This document shows positions 56,627-64,000 of a stretch of DNA of 64,000 bases, in pieces (positions within the stretch are counted from its first letter, which is position 1; each line of letters opens with the position of its first letter). The translations under genes and the position numbers were made by a program. The stretch lies in assembly GCA_008501825.1 (NCBI GenBank), contig QQUA01000023.1, forward strand, positions 397,994 through 461,993, given 5' to 3'. The stretch comes from Planctomycetota bacterium. GTDB lineage: Bacteria; Planctomycetota; UBA1135. The notes beneath the pieces are model-generated. The model searched no databases. It was not told the origin of the DNA and saw nothing but the letters and a program-made list of their open reading frames with translations.

Positions 56627-58203
56627 GTCAGAATCTCCTTCTTGCTAATCTTCTTTTTCCTTTCTCTCCCGGGGGGAGAAATTCCTAGCTGCTTATACAT
56701 CTTTGGACCTCTTAACTTCATGCTCAGGGCTTTCCAAGCCATAGCCACCGACCTTGGGGAAACGACCATCTTGGATTCCACATCCACCGCCTGATTAAAA
56801 AGGCGGCTGACTTCTTGTTCCAGCACATCGCGCCATTCCCGCATATATTGATCAGCCGCTATCCCAACCGGATCACTGCGTAGTTGGTCGACCATCTCAT
56901 AAAATCTATCCTCAGTCTCGCGCCAGAGCCGCCCGTTTAAGGACTGCCCAAATGTCTTCTTGGTAGGAGAGCTAACCCGGACCGCTTCGGCCACGTGTTT
57001 GCACAATGCCCAGGCGGCGTAGTCAACAGCCGCGACGAGAGCATGTGTACGGACCGCGAAGGCTTCACGCAAATCCTGAGCGACGTCGATCCAAGGCATG
57101 ATAGATTCGTTCCATGAACGGATTTTCGCGTTTGCTGTCTGGAACCCGAATGCCCATACCCGCAATTCAGCCGACCGCCCACTATCCATTTGATTACGCC
57201 GTGCGCTGAGGACGGACGCCGGCTCGACTCCACCAGCTCCAAGCACCCAACCTGGCCAGTTCCGGTACGTCATCCCGCTACCCGGAGTTTCGACAAATCG
57301 CAAAGAACCATCCTGCTTTTTGATTTGCGGCGAGAGTGGATGACGCCACCCACCAGAGTAGGACAGGCCTTCGCTTTCAGTTTGGAACTCCGTCGCCAGC
57401 CGGTTGTCTGAATAGCCGCATAGCCCACAGAAACCCTTAACATCGCTCCAGTGAAGCCGCAAGCGTCGGGATTGCGAAAAGAAGACTTGATCGGGTGAAG
57501 AATTTTCAGGTGTGCATTGCACCCGTTTCACGCTCTTGCCACTTTTCCAATCTTCAAACCAGGGAAAGCGGTCGGCAAGCGACCTCTTATCCACGGCTCC
57601 GTAATCCATGAACTGATCTTGCTTCAAAACATTTAGCCAACAAGTATGAAACAATGTGCCTGCATCTGGATGCGGGTCCAGGAGGAGAGTCGTGACTGGA
57701 CCGCCTCCTCGGAGTCCGGAGAAGTAGCCGCGCCCACTAGGGGCACCAGTTTGGGTAAGACTAATGATTGCCGCCGCCGTACAAGGTCGACAAAGCCCCT
57801 CCATGGGAGCACGCCGGACGAAAATCCCGCTCTCCGGCCACTCTACCAGGAGCCGCTCAATGGGTTCCCATTTTGAAGTCGCCGGGCTCCAGGCATCCTG
57901 GAGAAACGCCGGGGGTTGCGAAGGGTCAAGTTCGAATGCTTTAGCTATCGATGAGAAACTCTCATGCAACACTTCCGGCGCGGGCGGAGTGTCAAAATCG
58001 CGCCGCCAGTCCCGCGGATATGCCGGAGCTCGAGTACATTGCAAAAGGCCGATCAGGAACTGAATGAGAGCTCCATTGAAATCAGCCCGGGGAGCGTCGA
58101 GTCGGACCGGTCGGTCTTCCGCGGTGAGATCAGCCGGGCGAATCCGCCGGCGGCTCCCACTTTGAAGCACAACCGGAATCCAAGGGTCGAAAATCAGATT
58201 CAT
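56623..58203 (-). CDS. cse1: Cse1 (CasA/Cas8e) large subunit
   Basis: MNLIFDPWIPVVLQSGSRRRIRPADL is a typical Cse1 start. Length is 526 aa, and it sits directly downstream of cas3. Confidence 0.88.
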   Translation of the reverse strand: MNLIFDPWIPVVLQSGSRRRIRPADLTAEDRPVRLDAPRADFNGALIQFLIGLLQCTRAPAYPRDWRRDFDTPPAPEVLHESFSSIAKAFELDPSQPPAFLQDAWSPATSKWEPIERLLVEWPESGIFVRRAPMEGLCRPCTAAAIISLTQTGAPSGRGYFSGLRGGGPVTTLLLDPHPDAGTLFHTCWLNVLKQDQFMDYGAVDKRSLADRFPWFEDWKSGKSVKRVQCTPENSSPDQVFFSQSRRLRLHWSDVKGFCGLCGYSDNRLATEFQTESEGLSYSGGWRHPLSPQIKKQDGSLRFVETPGSGMTYRNWPGWVLGAGGVEPASVLSARRNQMDSGRSAELRVWAFGFQTANAKIRSWNESIMPWIDVAQDLREAFAVRTHALVAAVDYAAWALCKHVAEAVRVSSPTKKTFGQSLNGRLWRETEDRFYEMVDQLRSDPVGIAADQYMREWRDVLEQEVSRLFNQAVDVESKMVVSPRSVAMAWKALSMKLRGPKMYKQLGISPPGRERKKKISKKEILT

Positions 58204-58211
58204 CTTTTTTC

Positions 58212-60908
58212 TTAATCCTCAGAAAATTGCAGTCCAAGTAAGTGATTGTAGCGGACGGTCACTGGACCAGAAACACTTTTGGCCTTCGCCAACCAGGAAT
58301 CAGCATCTGGGCGGAGAAAGAGCAGAATTCGGTTACGCCCCTGGTCAGGCATCTGAGCCCTGACGGTTGAAGACAAGGGATCCGCAACCTCATCGGAAAT
58401 CCTCCTCTGGACAACTGTAAGCTCGGACAATCCCCAAGCGACAACCGGATCTGGATCATCCCACCAGGGTCGCGGCTCGGAGAAACCGTCATCCTTTACC
58501 AGCCTGACGGTAACCGTCCGCTCCCCAAGACGGGTACGGATGTTTTCATCATCAAACCAGGCACCGTCAGCCGAATAGCCGGTTTTCATGGTAAGAACAC
58601 TTTGGCTCGCAGTACCAGCCTGGGCCAATCGATCTCCTTCCGCTTGCTCACTTCTGTCTATGAGCGAATCCGGCACCTTCAGAGGAGACTCGTCAGCGTA
58701 AACAGTCTCGATCGCATTCCTTGCATCATCCGGAACTTGAAAACCGCGGTTTTGCTCCAGCCAGGCTGCAGTACGCCAAAGGATGGCTGGATCACGGTAG
58801 ACAAAGCCCGTTCGAGGCAACACTTTAGCAGGCCAGTCGGACAAAACACTTCCCAGGGGAGATGGCGAAAGGAGACCGAGTCGTGGCTTGCCTCTAGCAT
58901 CGGGCCCTTCAAAAACGGCACCATTTCCGTCTCGGGGATGCCGCATCAATCTTCCCGCGCGTTGAATGATTAAATCCATCGGTGCGAGATCGGTAACCAT
59001 CCAGTCGAAATCAACGTCGAGAGACTGTTCAAGCACCTGTGTAGACACGACTACGTGTCCAGCGCGTTCAGCCGGCTTGCCATATTTACCAAATCGCCGC
59101 ACAACCAAGCGTTCGGTAGCCAGACGGTCACCCAATGCAAAGCGCGCATGGAAAAGTATGACTCTGTCAGCCCCGAGTCTGGCACGGAGCATTTGCCACG
59201 CCTCCATGGCGTCGTCAACTGTGTTACGAATCCAAGCGACGCACCTCCCCTCCTCGGCAGTTGCCACGATTCGGGCAACCACATCGTCTTCAAGGTCAAA
59301 CCTTTCCACCTCAACCCTGCGACGGCAAATTGTCCGGCTTGTGGGCGCATGCCTTCGAGTTTGGGTGGCATTGATCGCCGTCACAAGTGGGTAAGGAGCC
59401 TCTTCAATCCTAGGTGAAGTTTTCATTCCGACTCCACTCCTGAATGCTTTCTCCAAATCACAGCGAACCCTAGCTGGCAACGTCGCAGATAACAAAATGA
59501 CATGGCCGCCAAGGCCAGCTTGGAATTCCAATAGACGTCGCAGTTCGCCAAGCATATATGCATCGCACGCATGCACTTCATCCACAACAAGGACGTGCCG
59601 GCAGAGCCCGAGCAGCCGGAGTGATTGATGGGCCGCAGGGAGTACAGCAAGAAGCGCTTGGTCGATCGTTCCAACTCCAAGGTGGGCAAGGAGTGCGCTC
59701 TTTCGCGAGTCGGTCAACCAAGATCGGGCCGCAGTAGAAGCACTGGGCTCTCCATCGGTGTATTTCGTTTCTTTCCCAGCATCGAGGACTCTCATCCGCC
59801 GCGCCAAAGAAGCACCGGAATGAGCCAAAATTACCTCAATCGATGACTCGAATAACCGGTCCCCAAGAGAGTCCACTCGGCCGAACATGGCGTTGGCTGT
59901 AGCCATGGTAGGAAGTGCAAAGAAAACGCCGGACGCCTCACCTGCCGCGAGCAGTCGGCCGGCGAGAACCATTGCAGCTTCGGTTTTCCCGCCACCAGTT
60001 AACTCCTCGACGATCCAAAGCTTCGGACCTGCACCAAGCTCAATAGTGGACATTTTGTCCTGAAGTGGAGTCGCTTCAAAGTCAGGAAAGAACTCCGAAA
60101 AGAGTCCCGATTCTAGAGTAATAGTTGGCGGAATTATCTTGGCAGCACAAACAGCTTCCCGCGCCGCCGGCCGGGCAACTTCCTGCCAATATTCACCAAG
60201 GTCCCTGGGCTCGGATTGGTATCGAAAGAATTTCGTGTTGGATCCGAGCCAGTCTGAAACCACCGCCAAACCGGCCACAAGCCACGATGTGCGACGTTGA
60301 GCGTCAAAGTGACGTTCATAGTCATCAAGGTCAAAGATCGGGGCACACCCAAGCAATCGACCGACATCGGTAATAAACTCTCTTGCATCCCTTTCTGTAG
60401 AAGGTGGAAAATGCTGGCCTAAAGCCCAGGGAATGTCGGAGCGAGTGGGCCGGCCGTGGTGCCCTGTGACGGCGGTCACGGCCGGGGTCCAAAGATCCAA
60501 CAAATCCTCCTCAGATCCATGCTCCGCCGTCAACTGAGCTGAAAAACTGCTAAGGCTGAAGAGCCCCTTTTCGGTCAGAAAGCGGCGCCCAAGTTCATCA
60601 TGCCGAATGCAGTACGGAACGTTAGATGATTTGGTGCTGGGACGAAGTTTGAGGTCCTGCCTAAGGTTTTGAAAACTCTCCGCAAACTTTCCTACATCGT
60701 GGAGAGCAATAAGCGTTATCAACCAAGGGGTTATCCTGTCCTCCGGCGTTTCCAAAAGGTCGGCAAGCCGTTTCCGAAGCAAGGCATCTCCTTCCAATAT
60801 GCATTCACAGACCGCTGCGACGTCAAGGGAATGGCAGGCCAGTGGGTGCCAGACTTCCTGCCCAGGCTCGGCTTTTCCCCAATATCGCCAGTAACCATTC
60901 ATCGCCAA
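58212..60908 (-). CDS. cas3: Cas3 HD nuclease / SF2 helicase
   Basis: HD-domain motifs are HPLACHSLDVAAV, ALHDVGK and TGHHG. Helicase motif I is TGGGKTEAA and motif II is VDEVHA. Length is 898 aa. Confidence 0.93.
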   Translation of the reverse strand: MAMNGYWRYWGKAEPGQEVWHPLACHSLDVAAVCECILEGDALLRKRLADLLETPEDRITPWLITLIALHDVGKFAESFQNLRQDLKLRPSTKSSNVPYCIRHDELGRRFLTEKGLFSLSSFSAQLTAEHGSEEDLLDLWTPAVTAVTGHHGRPTRSDIPWALGQHFPPSTERDAREFITDVGRLLGCAPIFDLDDYERHFDAQRRTSWLVAGLAVVSDWLGSNTKFFRYQSEPRDLGEYWQEVARPAAREAVCAAKIIPPTITLESGLFSEFFPDFEATPLQDKMSTIELGAGPKLWIVEELTGGGKTEAAMVLAGRLLAAGEASGVFFALPTMATANAMFGRVDSLGDRLFESSIEVILAHSGASLARRMRVLDAGKETKYTDGEPSASTAARSWLTDSRKSALLAHLGVGTIDQALLAVLPAAHQSLRLLGLCRHVLVVDEVHACDAYMLGELRRLLEFQAGLGGHVILLSATLPARVRCDLEKAFRSGVGMKTSPRIEEAPYPLVTAINATQTRRHAPTSRTICRRRVEVERFDLEDDVVARIVATAEEGRCVAWIRNTVDDAMEAWQMLRARLGADRVILFHARFALGDRLATERLVVRRFGKYGKPAERAGHVVVSTQVLEQSLDVDFDWMVTDLAPMDLIIQRAGRLMRHPRDGNGAVFEGPDARGKPRLGLLSPSPLGSVLSDWPAKVLPRTGFVYRDPAILWRTAAWLEQNRGFQVPDDARNAIETVYADESPLKVPDSLIDRSEQAEGDRLAQAGTASQSVLTMKTGYSADGAWFDDENIRTRLGERTVTVRLVKDDGFSEPRPWWDDPDPVVAWGLSELTVVQRRISDEVADPLSSTVRAQMPDQGRNRILLFLRPDADSWLAKAKSVSGPVTVRYNHLLGLQFSED

Positions 60909-61417
60909 CTCTACTAACTTTGGGGTTGAGACATGATCTTGAACTTGGTTCGAAAGCTTTGGCCCGCGGAATTAGAGAAGCTACTTCCCTATTCTTTTCT
61001 TAGTCAACCGACCAATAACCAACTTTACTCATCGGCATGGTCAGCGCCCGGTTTACGGACAAGGGAAATTCGAGGTGTCAAACTCTAGCAAATTCTCGAC
61101 GGATCCTTGAAGAATTGCGTTCAGCTACCCAGCGGAGCGATTCAGGGCGAAATATTGCCCTCGAGTTCTCTTTAGTTTCTCCTTTTCGGCGCCAGAAGTG
61201 GCCCAAGACCCCAGTTTCCTTGGTCAGGTTCCCAAAAACCTGAGGGCGGCCGGCCAGATTCCAGCCGGCGAGGTGGCCCCCTAGTTTGGGTTTCCAGTGG
61301 TAGCATGGCCCGACGGCCGGCCCACGAGGGTGCCGGTCTACTGGCCAAATTCCATCTCGAGGTCCCGGAAAGGCCAGGCATTCCATCCCTCCTACCTACC
61401 CCAACCTGGAGTCCCCG

Positions 61418-61966
61418 ATGAAGTTAGCCAAGGGCTTGGCCACAGTTTTGGCCGGCAGCTTACTGGTCGGTGGAGCTTTCGCCTGCATCGAAGCTCTCGA
61501 CCTGGCAAAGATGGTGGACCGCACCGACACCGCGGTTCGTGGCACCATCACCGACGTTCGCACCGTTAAGTACACCCCCCCTGGTGACGACCGTCTGATC
61601 TACACCATTTTGACCATTGAAGGGGAAGACCTCTTCACCGGTAAGGAACGCACTCTGGAAGCCGCCTTCCTCGGCGGAACCTACGAAGGCGATTCCATGA
61701 TGGTCACCTCCATGCCCGCTGCCTCCGACTACCGGCTTGGCAACAAGGTCGTGGTGTTCAGTGCTCCGGTCGAAGGCTGGGGCCCCGAAATCGATCGTTG
61801 CGTCTACGCCGCCATGGGCGGCATCTTCAAGGAAGTCGCCACCAAGAAGGGGCCGGTCTTCCTCGGCAAGGGCGAAGGTTTCGCCATTGACCAAAACATG
61901 AGCCTGAGCCAACTCCAGGCCGGCATCGCCAAGGCTCTTGAAGCCAAGCAGAAGGAGGTGAAGTGA
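61418..61966 (+). CDS. Small secreted protein S3 (182 aa), N-terminal-Cys family
   Basis: MKLAKGLATVLAGSLLVGGAFA|CIEALDL. The mature part is nearly identical to S1/S2. Its stop overlaps the P4 ATG (TGATG). Confidence 0.75.
   Translation: MKLAKGLATVLAGSLLVGGAFACIEALDLAKMVDRTDTAVRGTITDVRTVKYTPPGDDRLIYTILTIEGEDLFTGKERTLEAAFLGGTYEGDSMMVTSMPAASDYRLGNKVVVFSAPVEGWGPEIDRCVYAAMGGIFKEVATKKGPVFLGKGEGFAIDQNMSLSQLQAGIAKALEAKQKEVK
61484..61960 (+). repeat. High-identity repeat, copy 3
   Basis: Colinear with 43513-43990 at roughly 93-95 % identity by eye. It includes perfect runs of more than 50 nt, e.g. GGTGACGACCGTCTGATCTACACCATTTTGACCATTGAAGGGGAAGACCTCTTCA. Confidence 0.8.
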
Positions 61967-63276
61967 TGATTCGCCGTCCCCTTCGTCTTTTGGCCGGCGC
62001 GGCTTTGATTGCCGGCGCCTCCACCTTGGTGGTCGCGGAAGAATCCCAAGCCTGGAGCACCATTGGCGGCTCCTTGGGTCTGACCCAACGGGACTTCCGG
62101 ATTTACGACAACTTCGCCGATTCCGCCTCTCACAACAACAACACGGCCGATGCTAACTGGCCGGGCTACACCCAGATCGAGCTGGCCTGCTGGAAGGGCG
62201 GCGCCGAGTGGGGAAGCCGCTTGTTCGGTGACGGCTCCGGCGACTCGACTCAAGCTGGAGTTGGCGACGGTAAGGCCAACTTCAACTTCTTCTGGAACGG
62301 CGAAGCCTCCGGAATCGGCAGCACCAACGACAACATCAACTCCGCGCTTGGTGGCGGCAGCGGTGGCGTTTTGGCGTTCACCGAAACCCCGATCAGCAAT
62401 GGTTGGCGGATTCGCTACTACGAAGATTGGACCTGGCACGACGGCCCCGGCAGCGTTTCCGGCGGCATCGACTTCCAGGGTGTTGCCTGCCACGAGCTGG
62501 GCCACGCCTTGGGTCTCGGCCACTCCACGAACACCGGCGCCACCATGTACCCGTCGATTAGTGGTAGCGGCGTTGGCGAGCGTTCGATCAACAGTGACGA
62601 CCAAGCCGGCATCCAGCAGGGCATCTACGGCTTCCGCGACGACAACACGCTTCCGCGTATTGCCGACCTGACCGGTTCCTTGGCCGCCGGCGGCACCGCC
62701 GTCATCACCGGCGCCAACTTCACCACCACCGCCAACCGAGTGTGGCTGAACAGCACCACTTTGAACGGCGGCAACAGTGGCGGTGAGCCCTACGAGATCA
62801 GCAACCTGGATTCGACCAACGGTCAGACCCAGATCTCCTTCACCGTGCCGGGCAGTGGCATCGAGTCCGGCGGCATTCACGTCCGCAAGGGCGGCAGCGG
62901 CAACGATCGCCTGTCCGAAGGTCACCCCTTCGACTACGGCGGCGGCAGTTCCACCGACACCATCTTGCTGACCGGTCCGACCAGCACTCAGATCAACAAC
63001 ACCGAGACCTGGACCTTCAGCAACGCTCCGGCCAGCTCGCCGTGGTGGTTCTACTACAGCTTCAACACCAACGGCACCACCATCAACGGTCAGCCCTTCG
63101 ACATCGGTGATCCGATCGTGCAAGTAGGCACCGGATCGACCAATGCTTCCGGAGTCGGCAGCTTCACCAAGACCATTCCCGCCGCAGGCGCCGGTCTCAC
63201 CGCTTACTTGGAAGTGCGCGTCGACAGTGGTGGCAGCACTTACGATTCCAACATGCTGACCCTGGTCATCCAGTAA
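61966..63276 (+). CDS. Secreted matrixin-like zinc metalloprotease P4
   Basis: ATG at 61966 (a GTG at 61963 is also possible). Carries HELGHALGLGHS and ATMYP. The N-terminal half is closest to P1, and the C-terminal ~130 aa are closest to P2. Confidence 0.85.
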   Translation: MIRRPLRLLAGAALIAGASTLVVAEESQAWSTIGGSLGLTQRDFRIYDNFADSASHNNNTADANWPGYTQIELACWKGGAEWGSRLFGDGSGDSTQAGVGDGKANFNFFWNGEASGIGSTNDNINSALGGGSGGVLAFTETPISNGWRIRYYEDWTWHDGPGSVSGGIDFQGVACHELGHALGLGHSTNTGATMYPSISGSGVGERSINSDDQAGIQQGIYGFRDDNTLPRIADLTGSLAAGGTAVITGANFTTTANRVWLNSTTLNGGNSGGEPYEISNLDSTNGQTQISFTVPGSGIESGGIHVRKGGSGNDRLSEGHPFDYGGGSSTDTILLTGPTSTQINNTETWTFSNAPASSPWWFYYSFNTNGTTINGQPFDIGDPIVQVGTGSTNASGVGSFTKTIPAAGAGLTAYLEVRVDSGGSTYDSNMLTLVIQ

Positions 63277-63303
63277 GGCATCCGGCGTTTTCGAACGCCA
63301 CGA

Positions 63304-63338
63304 AACGGCTCGGGATCCCTCCCGAGCCGTTGTTTTTT
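63304..63338 (+). terminator. Rho-independent terminator
   Basis: 12-bp perfect stem AACGGCTCGGGA / TCCCGAGCCGTT with loop TCCC, followed by GTTTTTT. Confidence 0.8.
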
Positions 63339-63471
63339 CGTCCTGCAGTTTGCACGATTCTTCGCCTTCAAAAGCCGTCTTTACCCTCGGCTTTCCCTTC
63401 CTGAAGTACCATAAGTCCATCCTCGGCTTCCCTCCCCCTGGTCGCCCTCATCACCTCTTCTTTGTCTACCC

Positions 63472-64000
63472 ATGAAACCTCGCCCTTTGTTTTACGGCCT
63501 GCTGTTGAGCGGGTTTTTGGCCTCGGCCGCCGGCGCTTGCATTGAAGCTCTGGACTTGACCAAGATGGTGCAACGCACCGATACCGCGGTTCGTGGCACC
63601 ATCACCGACGTTCGGACCGTCAAGTACACCCCTCCCGGTGACGACCGTCTGATCTACACCATTTTGACCATTGAAGGGGAAGACCTCTTCAGCGGGAAGG
63701 AACGCACTTTGGAAGCCGCCTTCCTCGGCGGCACCTACGAAGGCGATTCCATGATGGTCACCTCCATGCCCGCCGCCTCCGACTACCGGCTTGGCAACAA
63801 GGTCGTGGTGTTCAGCGCTCCGGTCGAAGGCTGGGGCCCCGAAATCGATCGTTGCGTCTACGCCGCCATGGGCGGCATCTTCAAGGAAGTCGCCACCAAG
63901 AAGGGGCCGGTCTTCCTCGGCAAGGGCGAAGGTTTCGCCATTGACCAAAACATGAGCCTGAGCCAACTCCAGGCCGGCATCGCCAAGGCGCTCGACGCCA
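63472..64000 (+). CDS. Small secreted protein S4, 3' end cut by window edge
   Basis: ATG at 63472. MKPRPLFYGLLLSGFLASAAGA|CIEALDLTKMVQRTDTAVRGT... The frame is open to the window end, which is why it is missing from the ORF track. Confidence 0.75.
   Translation, partial: MKPRPLFYGLLLSGFLASAAGACIEALDLTKMVQRTDTAVRGTITDVRTVKYTPPGDDRLIYTILTIEGEDLFSGKERTLEAAFLGGTYEGDSMMVTSMPAASDYRLGNKVVVFSAPVEGWGPEIDRCVYAAMGGIFKEVATKKGPVFLGKGEGFAIDQNMSLSQLQAGIAKALDA
63538..64000 (+). repeat. High-identity repeat, copy 4 (truncated by window)
   Basis: Colinear with 43513 onward, and the same direct orientation as the other three copies. Confidence 0.8.

Noticed and set aside
60909-61417. Small ORFs (61037..61243, 61078..61386, 61297..61569) in the 509-bp cas3 / S3 divergent intergenic region
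   Set aside because: They are short, overlap each other in several frames, and have no motifs or ribosome-binding context. The region is treated as non-coding promoter space.

Overview
64-kb window of a high-GC bacterial chromosome. Hand counts on a few 60-nt lines give about 47-65 % GC. The gene content looks Planctomycetota-like, but that is inference only. All calls rest on motifs read from the ORF translations and on by-eye nucleotide comparison; no database search was possible.

Layout, left to right:
1. A 5'-truncated giant TPR protein followed by a MoxR / DUF58 / VWA 'Bat-like' operon (2-15011).
2. An IS1-like insertion sequence with perfect 24-bp terminal inverted repeats, wedged between the VWA gene and glpD (15012-16146).
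3. glpD and a DUF1294 gene.
4. A tandem duplicate of a 370-aa Cys-rich secreted protein, with a near-perfect internal identity tract (18.5-21.4 kb).
5. A 10-gene, largely translationally coupled FAS-II / type-II-PKS-like cluster (21.7-32.2 kb). It encodes ACP, a FabZ-like dehydratase, two KS + inactive-KS (CLF-like) pairs, a CrtI-like flavoenzyme, two tandem B12-binding radical SAM enzymes and FabG.
6. Three tandem secreted MAM-like paralogues.
7. A minus-strand operon of fabH, 7Fe ferredoxin, a muconolactone-isomerase-like gene and two GNAT-like genes.
8. A Ser/Thr kinase-FGE fusion.
9. A repeated two-gene module: a small, nearly invariant secreted protein with an N-terminal Cys, translationally coupled to a prodomain-less matrixin-like metzincin. 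There are four modules plus one orphan protease.
10. A complete type I-E CRISPR-Cas locus (cas3-cse1-cse2-cas7-cas5-cas6e-cas1-cas2, 58 repeats / 57 spacers) sitting inside that module array.

The candidates most worth follow-up are the metzincin + small-partner module (possible TIMP-like inhibitor system), the radical-SAM-containing lipid/polyketide cluster, and the way CRISPR-Cas is bracketed by direct repeats of the module.
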